Below are positions 26,101 to 38,386 of a stretch of 64,000 nt of DNA, piece by piece. Both the position numbers and the translations under genes were made by a program. The notes under the pieces are model-generated. The model was not told the DNA's origin. It saw nothing but the letters and a program-made list of their open reading frames with translations, and ran no database searches. The stretch's first letter is position 1. The number at the start of each line of letters is the position of its first letter. Source of the stretch: Phaeosaccion multiseriatum. Lineage: Eukaryota > Protista > Ochrophyta, other classes. Where the stretch lies: positions 682,001 through 746,000 of the forward strand of contig OZ218957.1 of the NCBI GenBank assembly GCA_965112735.1, given 5' to 3'.

Positions 26101-29100
26101 TTCCGACGCCACCGCGACAGAGGTGAAACTCGCACTGGAGTCTCTTCCGGCCATCACCACTGTTGCAGTCGACCGGCAGCCCTTCGGCCGGCAAGGGGGA
26201 TGGCAGTGGAAGGTGACCTTCTTCGACGTGGGTCATGGACACAGCCCTGGTGGTAGCCTGCCTATGATCGGGGTGGATGGCAGCCGATTGCGGGGCGTGG
26301 GCGCGGGTGTGGATGTTCGTCGAGCTGTGGTGGGTGAGGGAGAGCCCGAGCTGTGGACTGTGGAAACCGGGGCGAGGGCAAGCTCCGGCGTTTGGCGGTT
26401 ACGGATGTACACTGCTGATGACGGCCGCCAAGAGGCGTTTCGCCTACGAGTCAAACAGAGTGTCAAGCAGAGCGTCAAGCAGAGTGTCAAGCAGAGTGTC
26501 AGGATTACAGAGGCGTGTTACGCGACGACCGTGGCGCAGGAGTCGGATGAGAAGGAGGGGTTCACAACTGGCGGGGAAGTGGGCACCAGGCGAGGAGAGT
26601 CAATGCAGTCCAGGCTCAGGGCCGCGGGGCTGGTGGCTGAAGTGAGTAAGAGAGTCGTCGCCAACGGTGATAGTGGCGGAGAGTCTGTTACCATCTGGAC
26701 TGTGAGTGTGCTCCACCATCACGACCCGGAAACGACTCTGTCTGTACTCGCGGGGGCGGGAGACGCGTTTGAGCAGGAAGGGGGAGGGAAGGAGGCCCCG
26801 GGGTGGACGGCCAATGTGACGGTTTCATTGGAGGCCTCGGCCAACGCCGTCGGAGGAAGTTTCTACCTCGGCGCCTATGGTCGTCTGCTGCCATCACGCA
26901 GCCTGGCCTACAACGCATCGGCAGTGGAGTTGGAGACCCTTTTGAATGGGCTGAAGGAGGTGAACGAGCTACTACCTCTACCTGAGGAGGGAGAGGAGGC
27001 GGGCGGGGATGGCAGGTCGTTATCGTCGCTATCATCGGCGGCAGGGCCACTACGAGTCAAAGTAACGGATGCCAGCACAACCAGCAGCAGTTGGTCATCC
27101 AACGGGAGGAGGTGGGTGGTTGCTGTGCTGGCAGGTGGATACGGACGGGGCACAGACATCGTGGCGCGTGGTAGGGGAGACGGCGGGGGGGGGGGGCTAC
27201 TGAAGGGCAATGACGCGGTAGTGAAGTCACGCTACGTCAGAGGGGGGGTGAGCAGGGCAGCTGCCAGGGCCTCTCTGGCCATCGCCACCGTCGGAGGGGT
27301 TGCTCTAGACGAAGGGTCTCCAGCAGGCGAAGGGCAACCACAACCCCGAGGGTGGGGTGAAGGGCAACAGCAGTGGTTGCGCTTCGGGGGGCGGCTCAGG
27401 GCTGTGGAGCAGGCGCTGGCCAGTCTGACGTACACGCCGCCTTCGGATTGGCACGGGGAGCTGCACGTGACGGTTTCAGTCGCGACTACGACTTCTACCT
27501 CTGCTTCAACTACTTCCTGTAGTGGTGCCTTTGCTAGCGCCTTTGAGGGTAGAGATGACTCACTCTCGACCAGGCAGGGGCGAGTGGTGGTGCAGCCTGT
27601 CGACGACCCTCCCCTGCTGTGGTGGTGTGGTCGCCCCGTTCAGCAGGGGGGCCTTTCCGTAGCTCAAGTGGACGAGGATGCCACTCTGCGCCTCTTCGAG
27701 TACACCTGCGACGTATCACCAACTGACGATGACGATGATGATGGGCAGCAACAGTTGGTGATACAGCAGGGGTCTTCTGTGTGGATGGAGGACGTGGACG
27801 GAGGCGCATCTCTCTATCGCCTCTCCGTCTCCGCACAGCACGGGGTGGTGCGCATGGCGGGTTCATCAACATCCTCACCAGTTGGTGATATTGAGGGTGG
27901 TGGGGGTGAAGGGAGCCACGCCACCGTGTCCGGGCCTCTGCTCGGCATCAACGCTGCGTTGGCGACGCTGGAATACACACCGTACCAGGACTGGCATGAC
28001 GGAGCGGATACCCTCGTCTTCCAAATGACTACTCTTGAAGGCGAAGGAGAGAAAAACCGCGCAGATGACGACGACGACGAAGGTGGTGTCACAGATGGCG
28101 ACAGAAGTGACGACATCGCGACTACGTCAGCCACCTTGTACGTGTTTGTTTCAGCCGTGAACGACGCTCCGACGGTGACCTGGGAGGGCTCAAAGCGGGA
28201 GGTAGAACACCTCCTCACAAATGGCAGCAGCGATGGCAGCCTAGGCGGAGAAGGGGCGGTTTCTGAGGTGGCATGGGTGGAGGGGAGGGAGGACGAGGTG
28301 CTCTCCCTGAGAGGACTTGTGGTGGATGATGTGGACCTACGTAGTAGTAGCCTGGCTTCCACTTCCACCCCGCGAGATGGAGGAGATGAAGGTGCAGTGC
28401 ATCGTGGTGCTCGTGGTGCTTCTCGTCCGAGAACGCCACTGGCCTGGCTCCGGCCTCAATCGCTGTCAGTGACGCTGACCGTCTCCTTTGGATACGTCTC
28501 TCTCTCGCCTGATGCCGCGGGAATCGTGCTCCTCGATGATGGCGCTGCTGCTGGTGCTGCCAACACCGCGATGGAATCGGAATCGGAATGGGCAGAACGA
28601 CGGAATCGGAAGAAGACAAGAGTACTGCGTTTCCGCGGGCCTCTGCCAGCTGTGAACCTGGCCCTGGAGGGGGTGATGTATCTGCCCGGGAGGGACTGGG
28701 TGGGGCTTGATGTGCTGAGCATAGTGGTGAGCGACAAGTCAGGGGGGGCAGAGGGTGGACGAGGAGGAGGAGAAGGACGGGGGGCGGGCGGGCTTGAGAC
28801 TTCCGTTCAAGTGGGTGTCAACATCCTCCCCGTCAACGACCCCCCTGTCGTCGTGCTGCCCAAGTCACAGTTGGTGATGCAGCAGCAGCAGCAGCAGCAG
28901 CATCAGCGGCAGCAGTTGGTGATACAGCAGCAGCCAGTACTGTCCGCTCTTGAGGACGAGGCCTGCATCATCGGCCGCCCCGAGGGGGTGGACATGCCCC
29001 CCGGGGTGCTCCTGACCGAGGACAGCATCCAATTCACGGATGCCGAGGACGACGTCTCCAACCGGGCCTTCCTCAAGGAGTGGGCTAGTGATGATGATGA

Positions 29101-32100
29101 TGCTAACGATGATGCCTTCCCAAGGGGGCGCTGGATGCTCCCAGGGGAGGGAAACACCTTCGTTCTGCTACAGAATGATACCGACTTCGCTTGGCTCGAG
29201 GTGGGAGAGGAGCAGGAGGATGGCAATGTTGAGGTGTTGGAATACACTCTGGACATTGTCGTCGCCCACGGGACTCTGACCCTGACGCGTGTGCTGGAGG
29301 CTATGGCTACTGGCAACGCCATGAAGGAGGATGAAGAACAGGAGCAGTTGGTGATTCAGCAAGAGTTGGGCATACAGCTTCTTAACGGTACCACCGGGCA
29401 CCGCGACGGCGAGCTTCATCTCGTAGGGTCGCTTTGGGCGTTGAATCGGGCCATGAGGGCGTCGGTCTACCTCAGTGATCCGAACTGGAACAGTTTCATA
29501 TGGGCCAGTGAAGCAGGAGCAGGAGGAGGAGGACACATGGACGGCGAGCAGCAGCAGCAGCAGCAGCAGCAGCAGATTGAGACCATCTCCCTCACCTTGA
29601 CCGACCCTGCCGGAGCGAGCACCTCACAGGTGCTTCCCGTGTTGGTTCTACCCGAGAACGACCCTCCAGTGCTGTCGGTACCTGGAGCGACGTACGCTGC
29701 TCCGGAGAATCGAACACACGACGGGCTCTCCTTGCTCATGACCTCGATATCTCCTATCGAGGTGTTCGAAGACCGGCCCGTGCGAATTCGAGGTCTCGAT
29801 GTTCGAGATGTCGACGTATCAGCGGCTTGGTACACCAACAGCAGTAGCAGCAGCAGCAGTGGGGATGGAAGTGGGGGTGGGCAGGAGTGGCTGCAGAGGG
29901 GGAAAGGTGGAGAACTGCTCGAAGTGACTGTCCATGCCAATCATGGGACACTTGCTCGGGAGGAGGCGGCGTCACGTGGCACCAGCACCGGGCAACAAGG
30001 AAACGGAGACGGAGATGGAGATGGATGGCAGCAGACACTCACCCTCCGCTCGGACTTGGAGGGTCTCCGCAACCGGCTCTCCTCCCTCATCTACCGCGGT
30101 CACCCCAACTACAACGGGAATGACTCGATCATCATCACTGTTGACGACCTCGGTAACTCGGGCAGCTGCGGCGGGAGGATGATCCGAGGCGGCAAGGGGG
30201 GTGGCAGGAAGGCAGCCTATGGCAGCAGCGCCTCCTCCTCGTTATCTTATTCGTCTTATTACTCTTGTTCGTTGAAGGACTCGGTGCTAATTCCGCTTGT
30301 GGTGAAGCCCCTTCCCGACGCGCCTCTGATCTCCCTACCCTTCGCGGTGGTGGAGGTCGAGGAGGACTCGGACCTGTTGGTGGAGGGGTTGGTGATTCGG
30401 GACTTGGACGGGGTGTACGCCAAGCCGGGCGAGCTGGGCAGTTGGGCATTCGCTGAGCAACAGGATGGTGGCGACGACGATGATGATTACGACGGTAGCT
30501 TTGACGGTGTTGGCAGGTCCTCGTCTTCCTCCTCTTCCTCATCATTATCATCGAGATGGCCTGGGCGCATTCAAGTTGAGATCGTGACACCAAAGGGCAA
30601 CTTGACCCTGACCAGGGAGGAGGGGCTGACGTTTCTCACCGACTTCTCGGAAGCCTTCAACAAGACGAGTCTCTACGACAACAGTAGTAGCAGTACAGAG
30701 GAGGACGAAGAGGAGGAGGCGCAGCAGCAGGAGGAGGAAGATGGCAGTGGATGGAAAGAAGGAGGGGGACATCGGCTGGTGTTTGAAGGACATGTAGATG
30801 ACGTCAACCGAGCGTTACACCAGTCCGTGTACCGGCCTTCACCCGACTGGCATACAAGCGGGCGGGCCTTTGACGAGATTGTGATAACCGTTACGAACAG
30901 TCATATGGGGCTGGGAGGGACGGAACCGAGGCGCGTAAACACCACACGAACGCTCTTTGTGAGGGTGTTGGCGGTGGACGATGCACCACGAGTGCACATG
31001 GGAGGAGGGGGGGACATGGCAACTGTGATGGGGGTGGGGGCTACTACTGAGCCATTTGTAAGTGTGGATGAGGAGGAAGAGGAGGAAGCTACTGTCCAGT
31101 ATATCCCCACAGTTATGGGGAAGGAGGACACCCCCCTGGAGCTGCTCGATATTTACATCACCGACGTCGATCTTCTCAATATCGATGGGTTCGACTCTAC
31201 TATCGAGGGGGGTGAGTCGTTTATGCGCGTGAGCATCGAAGCGGGCGTGGGGAGCGTTCAGCTTGCCTCGACTAATGGGCTCACCTTCCTCTCTCAAGTG
31301 ACAGCGATCCCGGAAGGAGGAGGAGGAGGAGGAGGAGGAGGAGGGGATCGCTCGGTGGTGGTGCGGGGTTCGTTGGCGGATGTCAACAGCGCCCTCTACG
31401 GTATGACCTACCTTCCGCGATCCGACTGGAGTGGCAATGACACACTCACAGTCACAGCCAGGGATGCACAGGGACTGCAACATTTGGCGACCCTGCCAAT
31501 TGTGATTTGGCCGGTGAATGACCAACCGCGCTGGAGTGTGCCTCTATACCCCCTGGCGACTGGGGAGGACTCACAATTGGCTCTGTACTCCATCTCCGTG
31601 CACGACCCTGACGGCAGCGCCACCAGCAGCAGCAGTAGCACCAGTTGGTTATCCAGCAGCGACGGCGACGACGACGACGCCAATGACGCAGATGGCAATG
31701 AGAACGAGTTGGTGCTCCAGCTGCAGGTCCAGCTGGGGAGTATTACCCTTGCCTCTGTGTCGCCTCACCTCCTCCTCGAACAAGGCAGCGGAGAAGCGGA
31801 CACTGACATCATCATGCGAGGGTCGGAGAAGATACTTAACCAAGCTCTCCACGGCATGTTGTACAATCCTCCACGCCACTGGGCAGGGAGAAACGACGTC
31901 CTCTCGCTGCGTGCCTGGGATGCCGAGGGAGCCTTCTCGCAGGCAAGCGTCCGGCTCTTCTTCACCACACGACACAGCGACCCTCCTACGGTGCATGTGC
32001 CAGGAGCCACACGAATGGGCAATGTCGATGGTCTCGATACTAATGCCGATGGCCTCGATGTCGATATGTGCCACTCCCTCGACGGGCGGATCGGAGCCCT

Positions 32101-35100
32101 GCCCGCGCAGCACCCGGCCCCGTTCTCACAGCAGTGCGGCCGGATCACCAACGTGCGCACCATCACCTTGCAAGAGGACGAGGTCACTCCCCTTGAGGGA
32201 GTGCATGTAACCGACCCTGACAGCGGTAGCTTGGGAGGAGAGAGTGATGGAAGTCGTCTGCTGGAGGTGTCTCTCTCTGCTCGACATGGCAGCCTGGGCT
32301 TTGCTCGTGCCGGTCTCTCTGGCGTGCGAGTGCTTGTGCACTCGTTATCATCATCATCGCCGTCGCCATCTGAGAAAGAGGAGGAGGAGGAGGAGGAGGA
32401 GGAGGATTACAACATGCACAGCTATAGCAACAGCTACAGTTTCAGCCAAGGCAAAAGCGGCCACCGTGTGTTGTTACAGGCCCCTCTCTCTGCCCTCAAC
32501 GCAGCATTGGCGACGCTCACGTACACCTCGGATCTCGACTGGAGTGGACACGACTCCATCACTGTAACGGCCTATCGCAATGTGGGGGATGGCAGCAGAG
32601 GGGGGGCAGAGGGGGCAGAGGGAGGGGGATGGCAGTCAACGACCAGCCCCGACTCGTTGTCCTCCTCTCTTTCCTCCTCCTCAGACTCTGAAGGCTCTGA
32701 AGGCTCGGATGGCTCGGGGGGTTCGGACTCGGCCGTTATCCCCCTGCGCGTGCTTCCCGTCGCTGACGCCCCTGTACTCTTCGTTGCGGGCGGTTACAGC
32801 GAAGGGGGCTTACATCTGTCCACGCTGGAGGACCAACCGCTGATCCTACCGAGGGTGCTCGCACTGGACCCCGACGTGGACGCGGAGGCCTTTCATCGCC
32901 ACATCTTGGGCACGTTAGTGGTGCTGTCCGACGGCGACGGTTACGACGGTTATGACAGTTACGCCAGCTATGTCAATGACAGTTACAGCCACACGGTGCG
33001 CGTGAGTGCCTCGCATGGCAGTATCATGTACCCCCGCACGGCGCACCTAGAGTGGCATACCACCAACACCCACGTCGACAGAAGTGACCTCGCTACCTCG
33101 TCTTCCTCTTCCTCCTCTCCTTCCTCCCCGAGAGGGGCAATGTGGTGGCCTGTCGCGGAGTTCTCAGGTAGACTGGAAGATATTAACGCCGCCTTGAACG
33201 GTATGTGGTACCGGCCCGACCTTAACTACAACGGGGTGGACCAGGTCATGCTTAGCATCAGCAAGAGCGACAGCAGTAGCGACGGTTTCGACGGTTTCGA
33301 CGGTTTCGACGGTTTGGACAACAAGGGTTTGTTCGTGACGCAGATGGTGGTGGTGGTGACGCCCGTCAACGACGCTCCCGTGCTACAGGCACCCCAGGAG
33401 CGAAGGCACAACATGCTAAGGACGGGGGATGGTTTGAGTTTCCGAAGGATAGGGCTGAAGGGAGGAGTAGGGCATCAAGCTGCAATGGCAGTGGATGAGG
33501 ATGGGCTGTTGCCCATCGGGGGAGTCACCGTAAGAGACGTGGACCTGCTGCCGATGGAGGGAGAGGGAGGCGCAGGAGGAAGAGCAGCAGCAGCAAGAGG
33601 AGGAGGAGGTGGTGGTGGTATAGGTGCGGGTGCGGCGGTATTCTCTGTGCGAGTGGAGGCCCAGATGGGCTCTGTGGCAATGGACCTTTCGGAGGCGGCA
33701 GAGGCCTTTGCAGGTATGTACACGTACACTACTTGCGTATGGTCTTACGTACATGCTCACCCGTGTGTACTTACGTACGTGCTTACGTGGTGCTAGTCAG
33801 TTGCGCATGTTGCTGGGTCTTTCTTGTCGGAGCTTTCCCTCCCGTCCGTCCGTCCGTCTGTCCGTCCCTCTCTGTCTCCCCCTTCCTCTGCCCCCCCCCC
33901 CTCCCTCCCTATTGCTGACTGATGCATGTGCTTTCGATTGGTAATACTCCTCCTTGTTTGCGATGCGCGATACTATTCAGGACCGATTGGTGAGCCACTA
34001 GCATCATCGTCCTCCTCATCATCATCAGCATCGTCATCATCTTCAGGCTATGACTATGTCACCCGTGGAGTCTTCCCCACCCTGCATGCCGCCAACGCAG
34101 CCCTCGCCTCTCTGGTCTTCAAGCCCCTACCGGACTTTGCGGGCCAGACAGGGGCGCGGGTTCGAAACCTTGTACAGGACGGAGAGGGAGGAGAGGACCG
34201 CCTAACCATACCGGTCACGGTTCGCCCGGTCAACGACCCGCCGAGCCTTTTGCTGCCATCCCGGGCCGAGGAAGACGGACAGGCTGTGGTGACTGCCTTC
34301 GGACAGCGTCAGGTGCGCATCGCAGGGGCCAGGTACTTCCCGGACGTCGCAGGCTTCGACGGTTTCGACGGTTTCGACGGTTTCGAAGGCGGAGGTGGTG
34401 GTGTGCTTCGAAAGATGAGAAGGGAGAGGAGCGGCTCCGAGCTGTGGCGGACGGAGGGCGCGCTCCCCTCGGAGAAAGAGAGTGGTTCATCGTGGGGTAG
34501 GGTTGACGACAACTCGTGGGTCAATCGACTGGTGGACGTTCACAACCACCAGGGCACCGGAACGGGGAAAGAAGCCTTCTTCTCGGAAACCTCCCCCTCT
34601 TTCTCCTCCTCCTCCTTCTCCTCGCCCACACGACCGCGCTACCTGACGGTGTTTGGCGACTACCTGTACTTTGCAGCGGATCACCAACACCCTCAGGACG
34701 ATGAGGAGGAGGACGAAGAGGGTCTTGGAGAGGAGCTGTGGCGGACAGACGGGACCGCGGCAGGTACCACGCTTGTCAAAGACCTGTACCCGGGGGGGAG
34801 GGGAGGGGCCCCGAGCTTCTTGACCGTCTACAAGGGACATTTGTTCTTCGCGGCCAACGGATTAGATACCGCTTGGATGATGCCAGAGCATCGTACGGAC
34901 GAGTGCCACGGCTTCCGGCAAGCGGACTTTGACCCGCGGGTACGTGGGATGGGCATGCGTAGGGCATGTGGGTACGTAGGTGTGGGTGTGGGTGTGCGTG
35001 AGCGTGAGTGTGTGCGTGCGTGCGTGCGTGCGTGCGTCCATAGGTTGTTGTACATGAGAAGGGGAGAAGGCGCAATCTACTGGCTTCTATTTTCCCTCGT

Positions 35101-38100
35101 CCTCAGTATCATCATCTCTGTCTCTCTCGCCCCCTTGCCCGCTACCCTACACCCTTACCCCATACCCTATACTCCTTACCCTATGCTCCACACCCTGCAT
35201 ACTGCATACCCTATCCCTTTTCTCCATCCCCTGCATACCCTTTCCCCTTTACTCCATTCCCTGCATACCCTATACCCTATACTCCATGCCCTGCATACCC
35301 CGCACCCCACACCCTCTCCTGTGCACACACACACGCATACACGCACACACACACACAAACACACACACGCACACGCACGCAGGTGGTGTTTGCAGTTTCC
35401 CAATCAAGCACGTGGAACCCTTCTGCCCGCTACGACTGCCCCGTCGGCCACCACTGGGCCTCTACGGCAGAGGCTCAGGCCCTCTTCCCCTTCAGCTACG
35501 CAGATGGGCTTGTCTCGGACGGGCATGAAGGGTCGGTCTACTTTGATCGCTGCGGTTGGGAGGGTTTCTCTTGGGGAGGTTTGGAGCGCAAGCACTTTCG
35601 CTTCAGTGATAGTAGGGACACGGGGGCGTACAAGCATGCGGGCAAGCGGGAAGGGTTCCGGCCGGATGTGGATGACGGAGGGGAGGGAAGGGGAGGAGGA
35701 GATGGTGGGGACGAGGGGTTGTGGCGGAGCGAGTTTGCGGGGATTGTGTGTGTGGAGACGGACGCCTTTGGAGGACGAGTAGGAGGAGGAGGAGGAGGAG
35801 AAGGAGGAGGGGTGCTGGAGGAGTGTCAGGGAGGAGGGGCAGGAGGAGGGGCGGGAGGGAGGGGCTCCTTTTGTAGCTCGCTGTGGAGGTCGGATGGGAC
35901 CACGGGGGGCACGGTGCGTGTGGCCGATATGCCTGCGATGAACGCGCCCGCGTATCTAACGCCCTTCAAGGGGGCACTCTTCTTCTCGGCGCAAGAGCCT
36001 TCGCACGGGAGGGAGCTCTATCGATTCGATGGCAACGACTCTACCACTGAGGTAAAGGGTATTCAATCACTCACTCTCTCACCCACTCACTCCCTCACTC
36101 ACTCCCTCACTTACTCTCTCGCCCACTCACTGTCTCACTCTCTCACTCACTCACTCACTCACTCACGTACTCGCTTGCTCACCGATTCAGAAACTCACTC
36201 ACTCACTCACTCACTCACTCTCCCACCCACCCACCCACCCATTCACTCCCTCCCTCCCTCAGATAATGGGCACCCTGACTACTCAGGTTTCCGCTTCCTC
36301 ATCTTCATTCCACCTCATCAAGGACGCCCGACCCGGGAGGGGAAGCTCCGACCCTTCATGGCTCACGGCAGCAAGCGGGTTGGGAAAGCTCTTCTTTGCA
36401 GCCACAGACGGACGGAGAGGGCGAGAACTGTGGGTCACAGATGGCGTGGCGGAGGAGGAGGGGGATTGGGCGGCTGTGAGTCCGACCACGTTGGTGGTAA
36501 AGGACATCAACTCGGGCACAGGCGGCTCCTCCCCTTCCTTCTTGTGTTATGAGCCTACCAATAGGCTCGTTTTCTTCTCTGCCTACGATGGCGATGGGAG
36601 TACAGCAGGTGGTGGTACAGGAGGAGGAGGAGGAGGAGGAGGAGGAGCGGGCAGGGAGTTGTGGAAGAGCGACGGCACGACGGCTGGGACGGTTCGCGTC
36701 AAGGACATTTGCCCAGGGAGCCGCAGCTCCGATCCCTCCCACCTCACGGCCTGGCAGGACAAAGTGTACTTTAGTGCCTCGGACTGTACCCACGGGACTG
36801 AGCTGTGGGTCACAGATGGCTCGTCCTCGGGTACCCACATGCTAAAGGACCTGCGGAGCGGGTCTGTGGGCTCCAGACCAGCCCTCTTCGCAGCCTTTAC
36901 TCCGCGCTGGGCGGGGTCCAGCGTAGGCTCGGGCTCAACACGTGGAAGGGAGGAGGAGCTCTGGTTCATGGCTGCTACGGCTTCTGCTGCGGATGCCTCC
37001 TCCTCAGCTCTTGGAGCGGCATCTCAAACTCATACTGTGTTGATGGAGCTGTGGAAGACAGACGGTACCGCGGCGGGGACGGTCCAGGCCTTCACCCCTG
37101 AGCACCGCTCCTTCGCTCACCTCGCACCCGACTTGGTGTCAGGATACGCCGGAGAAGGAGGATATGGAGGAGATGGCAGTGGATGGTCCTCTTCTTCACA
37201 ACTGGCGACGACCTCGCCTTCCGCCACGCGCCTCGTAAACTTCGACCACGCCCTCTTCTTCTCGGCGTCTCTGTCTCCCCTCCTCGGCTCTACGGTGGGT
37301 AGGCTCAGGGCTGCCAATCAGCGGGCCAGAGAGGGCATTGATCAAGCGCTAGTGGTGGGAGACGTCGACTCGCCGACCCTTGCGCTCACCCTTGCCTGCG
37401 ACAAGGGCGTGCTGATGGTGACCAACGCTTCTGGTTGCGGGATTGGCTACGGCATGGACAGAGGGGATGGCAGTGGATGGGACCGTGAGTACGCTGGGGG
37501 TAGCAGTGGTGGGGGTGAGGTGCACTGGAACACATCGACAGACTCGACTACGTATGCACATTCGAATTCGAGCTCGACGATCGTCGCCAGCAGGAGGTGG
37601 TCGTCGTGGGGCCGTGTGGAAGGAAGCACACTCTCTCTCAATGGCACCGCTGCGCAGCTCAACAACGCCATGCGAGACCTTCGTTATCGAGCCTTACGTA
37701 ATGTGGGGGATGGCAGTGGATGGGACAGCCTCGAGGTGAGCCTCACAGATGCACCCCAGCCCTGCCAAGGAGGAGGAGGAGGAGGAGGAGGAGGAGGAGG
37801 AGGCAACGGCAGCAGCAGCAGTTGGTCGTCTAGTAATTCGAGCGCCATCTGTGACTACGGGGCTGCGCACACGGTGCGTGGCGCCCTGTCCGTGCTGCTT
37901 GTGGAGGAGAATACCGCCCCGAGGGTGGAGGTACCCACATCTGCAGCAGTTGGTGATATAGCAGCAGGTGGTGATACAGTAGCACCAGCACCAGCCTTTG
38001 AGGCCTCCTTGCACGGAAGCCCCACCCGCATCACGGGTGTCACAGTGACGACCGATGAGATGGCAATGGATGGAGGGGGGATGGCAGTGGATGGAGGGCA

Positions 38101-38386
38101 CGTGCTGTCCGTGTGGCTGGCGGCGGACAGGGGGCGACTCACAGTGGGACGGTTGGAGGGCGTGTCCTTTACAGATGGCGACGGCGTGAGCGATCGCAGC
38201 ATGAGCTTCCACGGGGCCGTGCGACGCATCAACACCGCCCTCGAAGCGCTCACGTACACGTGCCTAGGGGCGGATTACAACTCGTGTAGCAATGCGGGTG
38301 GTACAGACGTGATTACCGTCCGTGTGGTGGATGGGGCCACTGGCTTGGACGGGTCGGGGAAGGTTGCGGTGGCTATAGTAGAATAG
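3096..38386 (+). CDS. Giant secreted repeat protein (~11,200 aa), adhesin-like: cadherin/Ig-like repeats, EVQ repeats and ELWxxDGT repeats; 7 exons
   Basis: Exons: 3096-4239, 4466-6024, 6247-15684, 15992-33713, 33981-34939, 35383-36051 and 36263-38386 (an alternative in-frame acceptor would start the last exon at 36287). All introns are GT-AG and every junction keeps frame, giving 33,615 nt. The N-terminus [23 protein letters not shown] is signal-peptide-like. Dozens of repeats fit 'LxFxGxxxxVNxALxxLxYxPxxDWxGxDxLxVxVxD...VxPVNDaP'. No C-terminal TM helix is visible. Confidence 0.85.
12368..15684 (+). other. Block of EVQ-type repeats inside the giant protein
   Basis: Repeat starts [27 protein letters not shown] and VREVQRVTV are each followed by 'GxFxL..T..Lp.nAta.el..AL..L...V.V...wtVTF...GdLPll'. 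A second similar block lies at about 25500-27200. Confidence 0.65.
15685..15838 (+). repeat. (GT/GTGC)n microsatellite at the 5' end of giant-gene intron 3
   Basis: The GT run starts at the donor (CAG|GTGTGT). Confidence 0.95.
19313..19495 (+). repeat. In-frame (TCT)n tract encoding about 60 consecutive serines
   Basis: Pure TCT run inside exon 4 of the giant gene. Confidence 0.95.
34439..37270 (+). other. ELWxxDGT repeat (beta-propeller-type) region of the giant protein
   Basis: Repeats [52 protein letters not shown] and ELWKTDGT, joined by 'vkDi.pG..sS.P..Lt.....lfFsA' linkers. Confidence 0.85.

Noticed and set aside
26450-26500. 12-bp tandem repeat encoding KQSV x4
   Set aside because: A single local in-frame slippage event, not seen elsewhere in the window.
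35150-35310. CCCTA/CCCTGCATA-rich tract resembling telomeric repeats
   Set aside because: Degenerate, intronic and without a constant unit, so it is not an interstitial telomere array I can support.
3200-38259. Many 100-380 aa antisense and alternate-frame ORFs over the giant gene
   Set aside because: These are shadow ORFs expected from high GC and triplet repeats. They are low-complexity and carry no domain motifs.
2961-38386. Treating the 442, 654, 3258, 6063, 618, 389 and 706-aa ORFs as separate genes or as programmed frameshifts
   Set aside because: Their ends run into microsatellite or pyrimidine-rich intron sequence, and canonical GT-AG sites join them in phase.
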